A DNA stretch of 64,000 bases. Source: Phoronis australis (taxonomy: Eukaryota > Animalia > Phoronida). The translations under genes were made by a program, and so were the position numbers. Each line of letters starts with the position of its first letter. Within the stretch, counting starts at the first letter, position 1. Location: positions 1 through 64,000 of the forward strand of contig NMRA01000785.1 in NCBI GenBank assembly GCA_002633005.1. The letters are read 5' to 3'. The notes under the pieces are model-generated. The model worked only from the letters and a program-made list of their open reading frames with translations, was not told the origin of the DNA and did no database searches. Shown one piece after another: positions 39,111-53,147 of this stretch.

Positions 39111-40281
39111 AATGTGAACTCTGCTAATTATGATACTGTTTTGGTTCACCCCGGTAGTGTTTGTTTCGGTGTTGGTGTAGGTCAGTTTTTCAAAAGGTAG
39201 CAAAAGTTTCTGTGAAATTATGGTAAAGGAATTATAATATGAGTTGCCAAGTATCCGAGAGAGGGCGCAAAGATTAGAATGTATTTTTTAATGACTTTTC
39301 TTAGTGGTGTTTGACGCCTTCAAATTGTGTGTTCATCAGACTCTGCAAAGGGAATGTGAGACTTTCTGATGTTACCTTAAGTGCAAATACAAGTCCCATG
39401 TTATCGTGGACAGACACTTTCCACTTTCATCAAAGATCCTGTTGGCTTATTTTTGCTATCCATGAAGAACAGAAAATGGTGTGAATAGTACCACAAATTT
39501 CTGCCTATTGGTTCTACATAACAGGTAACTCCTACTCACCGACGTGTGTAGGTCGCTTGTGTCCCACTGGAAAGTAATGGTGACACATAAGAGTTAGGCG
39601 GCAGCCGGCAGTGGGGGATTTAAGGGGGGACCAAGGGTGCCATGTCCCCCCTAAAATTCTCCCAGATTTTAATTGGCAGTTCGGGGGTGCAAATGNAATG
39701 TGAACTCTGCTAATTATGATACCGTTTTGGTTCACCCCGGTAGTGTTTGTTTCGGTGTTGGTGTAGGTCAGTTTTTCAAAAGGTAGCAAAAGTTTCTGTG
39801 AAATTATGGTAAAGGAATTATAATATGAGTTGCCAAGTATCCGAGAGAGGGCGCAAAGATTAGAATGTAATTTTTAATGACTTTTCTTAGTGGTGTTTGA
39901 CGCCTTCAAATTGTGTGTTCATCAGCCTCTGCAAAGGGAATGTGAGACTTTCTGATGTTACCTTAAGTGCAAATACAAGTCCCATGTTATCGTGGACAGA
40001 CACTTTCCACTTTCATCAAAGATCCTGTTGGCTTATTTTTGCTATCCATGAAGAACAGAAAATGGTGTGAATAGTACCACAAATTTCTGCCTATTGGTTC
40101 TACATAACAGGTAACTCCTACTCACCGACGTGTGTAGGTCGCTTGTGTCCCACTGGAAAGTAATGGTGACACATAAGAGTTAGGCGGCAGCCGGCAGTGG
40201 GGGATTTAAGGGGGGACCAAGGGTGCCATGTCCCCCCTAAAATTCTCCCAGATTTTAATTGGCAGTTCGGGGGTGCAAATG
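39111..40281. repeat. 585-bp tandem duplication across an N (probable assembly or haplotype artefact)
   Basis: 39111-39695 is nearly identical to 39697-40281, with an N at 39696. Confidence 0.9.
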
Positions 40282-40358
40282 TCTGGCTGGCAAACTCCTG
40301 GCTACTATTGTGCCCTGCATGCTCCCCTCCCTAACTCAAAATCCAGGATCCGCCCCTG
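40195..40358. mobile_element. Short MITE, CAGTGG..GGAT / ATCCGCCCCTG family
   Basis: Imperfect TIRs; flanks GCCGG and TCCGG; same family as 52998-53147. Confidence 0.65.
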
Positions 40359-42545
40359 TCCGGGGCCAATTTCCGGTGCCAAAATATTAAATTCTAGCAG
40401 CATACCAGATTTGAGGTGGGTGGGGCATATAATTTCAGATTTGGTTTGTTTTTATTGATGAACATGTTGAGAATTAGAAAAGACCACTTGCTCTGCTGTA
40501 GCTGGACCCCGTTGCATTTGTGTATTGGTGAGAAGGGACTGAGAAATCGGCTGTAATTTCAGGTAGCCCTCAAGCCAGAATTCCAAACAATCGTTTGTTG
40601 ACAGTACTTTTGGATCACATTGTTGGACTCTGAAGGAAATTCGCTTTCATAAACTAATGTTGGCTTATGTTATGAATCGCCATGAAAGTTGTGGTTTTAG
40701 GAAGAAAAGTGCCAATTTTGTGTTTCTTGTCCCTTTTTTTCTTTAGCCTATCGTGCTTCTTAGTATGAGTTAAAAGGGCCAGAAATACAAAACACAAAAG
40801 TTTCTGTGCTTATCTCTAGGTATTGTGATGTGTAGTGGCTCAAAGCATGTCCTTTACATGCGGTTATCGGAAGAAAAGGTGGCAACTCGATTGATGTGCG
40901 TTTTACTTGACAAAACGAAATGAGCACTGTTCTGTGCCTCCAATGTAGAACCAACATCCGACCATTTTGCTGTTGTGTTCATATTTCTTCATGAATAGTA
41001 AGTACATAAGCACTGAGAGGGAACAGTAATGGACAAAGGAAAATGTCTGCCCAAAACCAAGGATCTTTATTTTCACTAAGGCTAACACTACAAGTGGTCG
41101 CTTATCCCTACTCAAAAGAATCTGTCCAGAACTTGTGACGCCATGAGGGGACTGCTCGAATCATGACTGACTTTAAAGTTGCTGCTCTTCGCCTTGTTGA
41201 CACACAAATGTGCAAATGACTCGGCACACTTCGTCACATTGTGAATATTGCAAAGCATACCAACATAACAACCCTATGTACAAACATGGTGGGGCATCGC
41301 ATGCTGTTGACGTCACAACATTTGGTTTAGAGGATTATCCGTTTCTGTTTTTCAACACTGATTGGTTAACAGATGTAGAATATTTGATTGTCATTTACAT
41401 ACTATCAACATTGAACATTGACGCAGGTGGAATTTGCGTTTCAAAGTTATCTTTAGCTTGTCTACATGCTTCAAAATGCGGCTGATTTTTTAAAAATTTT
41501 TGGAATGTTTATCTTCAAGAAATCTCATTTTGTAATTTCTTCGTAATTTATTCATTATTTACTGATGTCCTAGGGGTTCTCCGTTTGGTATGATGGCTTT
41601 TGAATACTACCGTATTGTGGTGCTGTAAACTATTCGTAATAAAATAGTTGTCCTTTCTCAGTCACGTGATATTCTCTATAATAGTTGTTCTCATCGGCTG
41701 ATTGTATCCATTCGACTATATCGCAGGTGCAGGCCAAACCGTACGCTTAATGAACCATCTTAAAAGGGCTCCGATGTCATGGTTAGAGGGCGCGGTTTGA
41801 TATTGGAACACTAAATGGGTATTTCACATCCTTCTATTAAAAAGTGATGACGCAAGTGGTCGATCGGGCTCGATCTCGGGCCGTGCCTAACCTGTTTGCA
41901 GAATGGTTCACCACTAATCATAAAATGACGTCATTGAGTCAAAATTTGTGACTATGACTTATGATATGATTCGTCGTTGATATTTTTATCCCACACAGGG
42001 AAGTTCCTTTAAATGCCCATTTCTCACAATCTGAACATTTTTGATGGACTTTTAGTGCAGCTTGTTTTAGCTGAGATTCTGGCTAGGTTGTTTGTAACCT
42101 GGCTCAACAATTACGTTGATTAGTCATGACATGTAATTTTATCCACCGATCATGGTCTCAACGGATCACAAACTGGCTTTCCCATATCGAAATTACTTCT
42201 TCTCACATGAGTAAGAAACATGTTACATGTTTGGCACATTTCGTTGCAGAACGAGTGGTCTATGTCATAAGTTACCTTGTTCGAGGGATCACGAATTTAT
42301 CTCAGTTCTTATGCTCATGATTGCACGTGCACATGTATCGCCAGTCAGAAGACCATCGTCAAAAATACAGCGAGGTATCAATGTGTGTTCAGCGCCGCCA
42401 GATCTAGAAATTGCATACTGTCCGGGTAGTTCTGCTCGTCACCTCGCCATGAAAAGTGTATCCAACATGTAGAGTCGGTGGGGGTGCATGCAAAATCTGG
42501 GAGTCAAGGGACACTTACCGTGCGTAAATCGCCTTGTGACTGTGG

Positions 42546-42796
42546 CATGCGCCCACCCAGCCTTTAATATAGGGGACTCGAGTTTCTGGCCATGTGTACA
42601 TTTTGCTGATAAAAAAGTGGGAGGGCTAAAAAGGGTCACCACATTCAGAACTGTGAACTTTGCGTCTGCGCCTTTTTAGTGGAATATTGCCCAGTTTTCT
42701 CGGACATTTTGTTTCTCTGAAGTGGACCTTTTTGCCCACTTCGCCAAATGGGGGGGGCTCTTTTGAGCCCCATGAACAACTCTGCCTGCGCGCATG
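42546..42796. mobile_element. Short MITE with CATGCGC..GCGCATG ends
   Basis: 7-bp TIR; flanks CTGTGG and CTATGG. Its 3' part (CACTTCGCCAAATGGGGGG) recurs at about 14200-14272. Confidence 0.55.
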
Positions 42797-45790
42797 CTAT
42801 GGGACGCACACATTGACTCGATCCTCTCTCTCTCTCCCAGCTTATGCCCTGTCAGAAGGGTGAACACTTAAAAAATATCACGATAAGTATCCTACACCGA
42901 CAGCCTAAGCGGTGGAGACTGGGGAACTCGACCACCGGGTTTGCGTAACTCAGAATCTGCAGATTAAGATCAAAGACACAATGCTGTTGTGGTTGAGACC
43001 AGGCTGCTGGGGTTATCGTTCTCTAGATAATGAAACCCATTATCGTCACATTGGGTGCGAAAATTTTAAGGTTGTTGTTTGTAAGTAGCAAATTTGATTA
43101 GTAAGCGAGCAGCACAAGTCATTAGAGGTTGAGTTTTGAAAATTAGACACGAAATTTGAATTTTACAGTCTAAAACGTTTTTTAGTGTTGCAGTTATATG
43201 CTCCTCATTACTTCTGCTGGTTATGCAACATAAATGAATCAATTAGCAACCACCAGGCAGCAGTTGGATTTTGAGGTAAGCCAAGTGTCACCGTGCAATT
43301 CTTGGCATGCTAGTCTATGGTGAACCATGAAGACCATTTGATTGGTTAAAGATGACGACTTCCGCATCACAAAAAAATCTGTTGCATTCCTCCATTCCCC
43401 AGATGAACCGACATAGGCCTACAACCGTTTACGTGGTGTGTCATATGTGAACCAAGAGACCCCATTGCGAAACATTCAACGGTGACTCCAGAACGTTAAA
43501 ATCCACCATACCTGGACGAGCGGCTATGGTGATGGGAATCAACTAATCACCAATTTGTTCCTCACTACCGATCGATAGTAGGCCTAAGTCTCAGGGTGTC
43601 TAGCCTATTCGGAACTCGGCATAGTTAGTATCTTTACTGTAACCCGGGCTTGTATTCAGAACATGAGGCCTACACACGTTAAATGTATTATAGAACACAG
43701 TACATGTATATCCCTGCGAATATTTTCTTTTCAATTCAGTCGGAAATCTGGCTGGCAAAAAAAGGAAACGATGGTTACAAATGTGGACCTCAATCAACTT
43801 ACTGTGAACAAGAAATCATAATTGCTTTCTGTAGCGGTTTTAGAAACCCACAATGAGAAACAATGAATCAATAGTTCTTGGAAGTGTTACTCAGACTGTT
43901 GTGTTTGCACGGTGGTTATCGGAAACTTGGCTTTAACAGTTTTCTCAGTGCGCTCATCACATTGTTTTATTCAGCACGAGAGCACCATTAGAGAACGCTG
44001 GCCTATAAGTTATTCACGGACGAGATTCGATTTAACTCGTGTACAGGTAGGTGAGTTTCTCCGAACATCAAATGAACTTAGAGGGTTACTTTTCACCACA
44101 TCACGGAAATAATACCACGTAGTGACTTATACTTTCATGAATTCCCCACAATGCATTGCTCTGTCTGCTACAATCTCCATGTTTAGTTGTCCACATCCGT
44201 CTTCTAATCGCGTTCGACATATTGCAGTGTAAACGAGATTCCAACTACTAATAATACACTAATAAAACACGCCGATAGCAGGACCACAAACAAGAGCGAC
44301 TATTACATTATTAAAACTTGGCCATTTATTTTCACACATCAATAAAAATATTGCCATTAAAAGGAACAGTTTAGAGGGATTAGATGACGGTCTTGTCCGC
44401 CATAATAAGTATTGAACTGACTGAAACAATTTTCCAGCTCATGCTTCTAAAATGCTTTGAATAATACATGTACATCATACATTTCGAGCTGAGCCTGCTA
44501 ATAGGTGGCGCGAGAAGCAACGAAAAGTAATAAAAGTAGCAATCCGTTCCCGTCTACATCAAGACATTTTCTGCTGTCACGTATACGAGTACCGAATCAT
44601 TAGTAAATCGATCTAGCACCTGAGCTGATGAAATGTACATGTATTCACGTGCTGCGCATTATATAACTATCATATACATTGTACGTGTAGTTAATACCTT
44701 ATTTTTCATTTTGTTAAAATGTTAAGCAAAAAATGACCGATAACGGAGAAAAATTAAAGCAATTTAAAATGTTTGTTGATAGACATAGGATGGGTGACCA
44801 ATTCCACAACGTAATGAACTGAACACGCCCTCAGTTGGGAGTAAAAAGAAACATTTACGAAAATAGACCAAAGGTGTAGGCCTAAATTTGGAAAACTAAA
44901 TCCGTCCATACAGTTTTTCCAGTGTCACGGCGAATATACATTTAATCCTTAATCATTTTAACTTTTCCTTTCAACCTTTTACAAAATAAGTGGCTCCCGC
45001 AACGAGTGTACCTTCATGGAGATTGTCGCGGGAATTTTCCATTTGAGCGAGGGATAATATGATGAAGCGTCCGGTTGTATATCAGGAACTAAAAAAGCAC
45101 CCGTGTGTGGTACCCAACACGTTGTCTACTGAATATACGGAAAACATTGGCAAAGCGCACATTGGAATTCAAAACTACAATGTAAGTGAGTACTTGAGTA
45201 AAAAATTTTGGCGAACTCACAGCAGGACACCCTGCTTACTTCGTGAATTAACAAACGTTGCCAATTTTAAAACTGTATTTCTCCCTGTTCAACTGGTTAA
45301 AAGCGAAAACTGAAGTACACTTGAGTCTTCTGCTCACTTTAAATGGTCCTTCCCGATTCAGGGTTCTGTTTTCGTTATCAGAACAGAGAAACATCGACAA
45401 CTCACGGAAGCATTTCGTTAGAGTGTAATGGGATTTGCCGACTCTAAAGTTACTGGATTGTACACATCGCGTGTGACTTGTGTAGGCAACGGAAGTAGAA
45501 TCCGATCATAGCAAGGCATACATGTGGGGTCAATTTTATGAAATTGAGGCCTTCGAATTGTGTTTCTTATTCAGCTTCACAGGGCGAAATACACCTTGAA
45601 CTACATGTAATCTCAACCATTGTTCACACTAGCTTGTCAATAATTACAACTATTGTTTAAACTCTGCTGATTACAAGTATCATTAGGCCTGTTTAGTTTT
45701 AGCAAGCCATTCTAATTGTTTGTCGATCAACTATTGCTGAATTCTTGTGTGCACCATAACACGCGCCGCTATTCCTTTCGTTGGCTGCCA

Positions 45791-46080
45791 TCATACCAAG
45801 TCCATATCCGACACCATAGACTTCACCCTCCGCCGTTGCTCGCACGCTTGAAAGTCACGTTTGAGTTGGTCGGCGAGGACCTTATCTGTCGGGACAACGA
45901 CTTTAGCTGTCCTTGTTGAACTAGAATGCTGAACTGGAAAGTTGTTCGTGGCTCTCCCTGTGTAGCTAGTGAGATGAGGTGGTCTTTCACTGGCGTTAGT
46001 GGCCACAGTCTGCCACTGGCTTTCGACAGTTCTAAATCGTTGGTCGGAATCCATGGAAACGGATAAACTATCAAGGCAGC
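45791..46080 (-). CDS. Terminal coding exon of an unidentified small gene (87 aa from ATG 46054)
   Basis: Strong acceptor TTTATTTCAG ending at 46081; coding-like codon pattern; MDSDQRFRTVESQW..RRRVKSMVSDMDLV-stop; candidate AATAAA at about 44325-44330. Confidence 0.55.
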
Positions 46081-49000
46081 CTGAAATAAACACAGAGGAT
46101 GAGACTGATGTATGGTTTAATCACCGTGGAGATACCTTCTGTTTCCATCACTATTGCGTAACTGGATAATTAAAGAGAGATGTCTCGAAGTTGGTTAAAC
46201 ACCTTGCTTTACCGAGACACCCCGTCGGAAAATTGGCAAAAGCTTACATGTACATGTAGGCGAAGGTTTAATTGGGAATATAATTGAGCCTTTATAAACC
46301 AGCGTGTTGATGTGGAACATGCAAGAATTATTAGACATCTTACACGACATATAACTGTGTCATCACTTGAACGTAGCAGCAGCAGCACCACTACCACCAC
46401 CAACACCATCACCACCATCAGTAGTTGCTCAGTAACCGAACAGTAACACTAGCAGCAGTAGCTGCAAACGTAGTGGTTGGAGTGGTGGAAAACAAGTCAA
46501 AAACATTTAACTCCGGAAATGGATTGTTCGTAACGCATTGGTGTCGTTTTCTTGCACATTACGAAAATATTACCTTAAAAGGCATGTTCAAGGTTAAATG
46601 TTCATTTGGTTCAGTTTACATTTAGCTGGCCAAAATGGGAACATTGAATTAGTGTTAAGGTGCCAGCTACACAGGTTGGAATGCAACTTATACGCCAAAT
46701 CGCACGAGTTCTCGTGGTAAGAAGGCAGACACGTTGCGACTGGGTAATTGGAAAGCACGAAATCAAACGCCTGGCGACCATTCGCGACGTGATTTCTTTC
46801 AGACAGTGGAACACACTTCCACTCTGCCTCCTGGTTTTTTGTCTTAACTGCAATAATTACGTGTTTCGGGTTGACTATCTGTATATGCTAAGAGAAGAGC
46901 GCATATCAATGTTTTTTTGCTTGATTTGAATACCTCGAATCTTAACGTTTTGAACAGTTAAAGTTTTCTTTATCAACTTTTACGAAATTCATTCGCGTTT
47001 GCTTAGAAAGAAGAAAAAATTGGTCACCGACGAATTTGCCTCAAACACCGTTACATATAAGTGAACGCCAAGTTGAAAGTCGCTCACGATCGCTTCGTAA
47101 TTAACATAGACGTTCATGTTACGCAATTGGTTCTCTACATGTACAAAGTACATGTATTATTTTTTACTTGAATAGATTATGACAGGAACGGTTTATTTAA
47201 TGAATTCAAATTTACCATTTTACCAAAAACTAAGGCACACATGCCTGCACTTGTGTTTAAGCCTTTTTGATGTCAAGTGCATATATGACGCCCTTGTCAA
47301 ATTTGATGACGCGCGCTATTAATTGGCGTCTCAGTAACCAAACATTGACGCAAAATGAACGTTTTTGTAAGACTCGGAATGCAACGACTCTTTTGCGCCA
47401 TTGTGGCAAACTCTGCCGTACATGGCCCTAACCTAGAGATTACAGAGTTGGAAAAATACTGTAGTAATGCCAATAACAGAACTTTAACTGTCACGTGGTT
47501 GAATAATGGCCACACCACTGATATTACCGTCTCTTCATCTTCTTCGAGTCATTTGTAAAAATCTTTAAAATGCGATTGGACTTTTTGTTCAGGCGGTTAC
47601 AGAGCAAATGTATGTATGTAACCTTCTACGGAGATCTACGTAGCAAGGGTAATCACTCATCGAAATCTTCTTAAGATGGCGTAAGAATCGATGTGGCCGT
47701 CAAGATCCCGGTATGGATTCCTGCGCGAATATAGCGGCGTGCTAAATAATGTACCTGTTAGTGGTGAGATGCCTTCTGCACTTGACTGAGTGGTTTCAGG
47801 CCAAATACAGATATAAAGCAACTTTAATGGATTTTTTGGTAACGGTAGACTTGCTTGACTCACGAAGTGACAAACTCCCTTGTGATTTTGTGAATGTAAT
47901 ACAAATTGTCGATTTCTTCAATTGTGACCGAAGAAATTTATTTGAAATAGAGCAGTACATGTAGACAACTAATGAACACTTTCCGAAAGATAACGTAAGT
48001 TATCCTTCCGTTCCATGTGATCAAAGTCGCTTAATCAGAGAGTATGCGCAGTGAACTCCGTATAAATGCGTAGCGTGAATGAAATTCCACCTCTATGAGT
48101 GATCATTTTTGTCTTACGAGGCTTTCGATTTTTTTGTATATTATCTATATGGTATACAAGCAAATGTGCTCGATCAACGAATTATGGAGCGCCGACTCAG
48201 ATGTCTGAAATGGAGACTTTCAACACGGTCTACAATGGATGTTGGAGACTCGTATTTAATTTCATTTGAAACAGGTGTATGACGATGTAGCTCAGTTCAA
48301 TACAGTACGTTTAATGACCGCAGACGTTACAAAGATCCCCGAGAAAATTAAACTCACTGTGTGCTAAAACTACGTGTAGGGCTTATCGCCGGCCTTTAAT
48401 AGCACGGTTAGTCTTTTTGTCAACATTCTACACTTTTCTTATCCTAAAGACTTTGACAAAATACATGTCTCTAATTATTATCACAAAAACCGCCCTCTAT
48501 GATGTTGTGATAAAGGTGAAGGTGACTTTATTCCCGGCAACACCATCAGTGTTTCCGGCAAACTGCACCTTTAAACAGCAAACCCGATTCCATTCTTTCC
48601 AAATGCATTTTTCACGCATTAATTGGATATTTTCGCACCAACACCTTCTTGGCCCCCAGAAAACCACTCACTTCCTGTAATAATATGGAAGCTTCGTTGG
48701 TACATCCGGGTGACTAAGTGCTTCTAACCACCGCAAAATTTGGAAAAAATACAGTAGCCAAAACTTTCCTAGAAAAGCAGTATGATCTCCGTAAGAAAGA
48801 ACAAATACCGCTGACGCATCGATTTTGAAAATCTTGCACCGACGGAAATGAGAAAAAGTATCACAAACGGCATCATGGTTTAACTCACCATTTAAGACCC
48901 TGAGTAATAAAACCGGTTCACAATAATAACAATAATAACAGTAAGCCAATCTGGGACCACGGGTTATTTACAGGAGCATGGTTCACAATTTTCTTATTAT

Positions 49001-52000
49001 TCGTTCGGGCGTCGTTCCGGTTTCTCAAACACTTTATTATTTTGAACTTATTATGCGAGCAAATAAATTGTATGCGGAAGACAAAATTATAGTATCCAAG
49101 AAGACAATAACGCGCTCCCCGTGACTGGTGCGCTATAGGGCCCTTTGATAAACCAATCTTTTGAACTGGTTATTATAAGTAATAATTTTGGGAAAATACA
49201 GACCTCGGAAAATCGTGACCGTTTCTGTAGTTTAATATTGCAAGCTTACGTCATCGACCACAAACACATTGAAACGGATCTTCATAAAAACTTGGTGTTT
49301 TCAGTTCAAGTGAGTTATCCAAGATGACGTTCCGCTCACTTATCCCGCTGAATTCACAATATTTAACAAAATATATAATTCATTAATGCAATCTTTCTGT
49401 GTAGAATTATTGGTTTCCGGACAAGTCCTCACCTATATTCCAGGGACACTCACGTCCATGATGACTTCTAGGGGCATATCAGCTCTGCTTCACAGCGGTC
49501 GTGTTCCTGGTAGAAGTACTGTAATTTCGTGATTTACTCAAGAACCCATTGTCAGCAACAATCGACTATAGTAGTCTCTCTACAGAAGCCGTCGTTCTTC
49601 ACACATCGAATCGTTCAGTGATCAATGAGGTACCTGCGCTTTGTCTCGCGTAAATTAACTTCTCGTTTCCATCGTTACAGACTGAAGACTGACGTTCACG
49701 CGTTCGCGGAGGAAAACCAAAAGCGGCACCAATAATACTGGCCATTGCCTGTAGCCACGTGATAATCTATAAATTAGTGCTCTGGTGGATCGTGAAACTT
49801 TATTCGAACTACAGTTACTTTGAAGTGTTAAGAAAAATATTAAACCTGGCCTATTTAAATTTTTAAACTGTGCCTCATTTTTCTAAAAATTCATAAGACT
49901 ATCTATAATGATAACAAATCCGAAACGTAATGTTTGTATATAGTCAGTGAAATATAACAAATTGCGGGTTCTGAAATAGCGGTTGTTTTATTGGGAAAAT
50001 ACGCGCATTTTCTACGTAAAGTAAACAAACCCGCGAGCTGCATGCTCGCGGTAGAGCCCGTGACACCATAGCTCCGAGCGGCGTATCAAATCTCGGAAAA
50101 ATCGATAAGAAATTACGAGTGAGACGTTATAAGGGAGTTGTTATTAGACACTCGTCAAAATACTGATCAATACATAAAGCCAGAATGGAGGAAAGTTGTT
50201 CGATTCCAGAGTGTCAAACACACGAGTTTGAATTAATACTGGTAAACACAATAGGAGGAAACTAGCGTTTAACTTTGTGAAGACGGAAACAATATGATCC
50301 AAAATTTGCATAAACGTATTTAGTAGACTACCGTACTCGTTTGTACTCTAGGTAATCAGGTCACCTGCGTGCAACTTTGCGAGGCATTACCAGCAACATA
50401 AGATATATCCTTAATGGTAATAAAACATCGAGTTAACCCGGAGGGCGGTTCATTAACGAAAAAATTAAACAATTCATTTAATAGCAATAGCAACCTGTAG
50501 ATTTATACACACGTCCGCCATGTTGACATCTTCTACTTTAACATCCTGCATGTGTTTCACAAGTTGTCTAGTTTGGTGGACATGTACACGACAATGTTTT
50601 TTTATATTGACACGTGTTCAAAATACCTGTTGACGTAAGACTGAGTCAGCGATCATTCCAAATGGAAAATATATACGCACGTAAATACACGCGTAATATA
50701 TAAATATATCGCCACAGTAAAAAAGATTATAACACGTGGAACACGATGAGCCTAAGGGATATAGCTTTGGTCTCGATCATACTTTCTGAAGAAACTTAAT
50801 ATAAACTTGCGTCATTATAGAAAGCATTCCACAGAACCTAAGCAATCACACTGTGCACTCTGTGCGTCTACATTGTGTTCAGGAGATATTGGACTGACCG
50901 CAAATGCCTCGCCGGAGAAAATTTGCATGTAAACGTCCTGTAATAAGTTTTATAGCACAGGTCCAGTCACGTGTTTGTTTACTCAAGCTGAACAAACTGA
51001 AAAAACACCATTAATTCAACACGGAGATATTTGAAGACAGAAACACGGAGACTCCCAGCTTACCTCTTGCGCAAATCACAGCAAACTGCATTGCTTGCTA
51101 TAATGAGTTTTGCATAGCAATCAAGACTTCTCAAGATCTCGTGCACATCGTTTGAACTGAAATCAAGTATTCAGTCATTTGAGGGACATCTAAATATTTA
51201 ATCATGCTATCATTTCTTAAAGGAAACTTCACGAAACGTCCATGCATTACCAATCGCAACTTGCATGATATATTTATGAAGTTGGGTGCTGATGACAGTT
51301 AAGTTAAGCACATTGGCATGCGACTAAACTTACGGCATAAGTTAAAAAAGTTGCCCCGGAGACGCTAACAACGGCTGATTATTGGGGAACGGGCAGCCAG
51401 TAGGCTGCATGACTTTTTGAGGGAAAAAGTGGCTTGAAAATAGAGCATTCCCTAGGACCCGGCACAGCCTCACGCAGCAACTGTAGTGGGTTTATATTGT
51501 TCGTAAGGGCGGGGAGGTGATATAGTTTATTTCGAACTTGAATATCAAACTACAAGTTGGCAGACATTCAATATTGCAGCGACACATGAACCAGTAAACA
51601 TTGCTTCGAGGGAATGCAATAATTAAGAGTTAGAGAATTGACTTTGGACTGGTCTAGGATGTACATACAGGTGTATGGATGAGTTCCCTGCTTTCAATCC
51701 CAAACGAGAGTTTGTTGAAGTCTTATGCTTCCGTGGCAAATCTAACATGCCTGTGACAGGGTTTTGAAAATAGTAAGTAATCACGTTTCATGTGAGAATA
51801 GGAAGAAAAACAAATCCATGGAAAATCCGGATGACATCAGTAATTCTTCATTCCAGAACCGACACATAACTTTAAAATCCACGGTTTGACCACAGGCTCA
51901 AGTTCATGGTCAAACGTAGATAGACTACGTACGCGCTTCAAATGAGCTGACAAACACTGTGATTTCAGCCAGATCAAAATTTAAAGCGCCTCACACAGAC

Positions 52001-52997
52001 ATTATCCCGCAGAAACTATTGGTACCATGCTGAATAACTTACCAAAAAAAAAAAAATAAAAAAATAAAAAAACAGTGCAGGTGGTCTGATGTCATTTGCG
52101 GTGCATCAGACGTGCGCAGGCCTCATGGTTGGGCCCATTGCACAAAACACCTGAGCAAAGGCACGAGACCCCAATTATGGCTCCTCGTGAAGAAAGTTTT
52201 CAAGTCTGCCAGTCTCCTTTAGGAAAACGGGCAGACGTTTCCATTTGTTGCCATGCACTATATGTTGTAGACATGTAACAATGCCATCCAGTAGGTTGCT
52301 CCTTAGCCTATAAAAAGCTGGGCAAGACTAATAACCTATTAAGGGACCATGACTCTGGAGGAGGGTCTCCTCATTTTACTAGAAATAAAACCGAAAATAT
52401 TTTTCACACTTCCTATTGTGCGAACTCATGATAAGTGGCTATCAGTACATGTACGTACATTGTTTGTGCACAAGAGTTTCTGGTCCAACTTTGTGAACCT
52501 TGATTATTGCTACAAACTCGAATAGGAGCTCGAGATTTCGAGTAAAAACTCGAAATAATTCGAATTCAGCCTTTATCTCTCAACCTCTGTCAAAGCGCCA
52601 GGATCATCAAGTGAGTCCGCGTATAGTGAAGCAAAATGTGCTTGAGCTCTCACCTGTCATCACCCTGAAGTTTGAAGCTTCTCTTAAACCTCGAACTATT
52701 CATAGCGGTGTTTGTAACGGGAAAGTATCTACCTATGTAATAAACCTATAAAGTGTTGAAACACGATATTGTTCGCAACATTTTAAGCTGGTGTGCTAAG
52801 AACACCACGTAGTCCGACGTCTCGGGTTTTATGGTCGATGACATTCAGTCAACTAAGGATGGGAACCAAAGCGACCCTTTTTGGTGGACTTTAGAAGGGT
52901 CTGCCATAAAAGTAATCATTCGCATATAATTCACAAACCCAAACAATGTGGCACAACTGGTAATCTCAGCATTTTCATCTGCTAATGACGCCATATG

Positions 52998-53147
52998 CAG
53001 TGGCGGATTGAGAGAGGGGGACCAAGGGGGTCATGACCCTCCTTTATTTCTACATATTCCATTTGACTGTTCGAGGGTGCCAATGTCTGACCGCCAAAAT
53101 CCTCGCTAATACTCTTCCCCCCAACTCAAATCCTGGGTCCGCCCCTG
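52998..53147. mobile_element. Short MITE with 5-bp TSD
   Basis: CAGTGGCGGAT..GTCCGCCCCTG flanked by ATATG on both sides (52993-52997 and 53148-53152). Confidence 0.75.

Noticed and set aside
23000-45000. Proto-MHC neighbours RXR and HSD17B8 next to SLC39A7
   Set aside because: No nuclear-receptor or short-chain dehydrogenase exons were recognised in the window.
45850-45900. BH3 or DDA1 identity for the 87-aa ORF
   Set aside because: LADQLKRDF lacks the BH3 G-D spacing, and the DDA1 resemblance is too vague.
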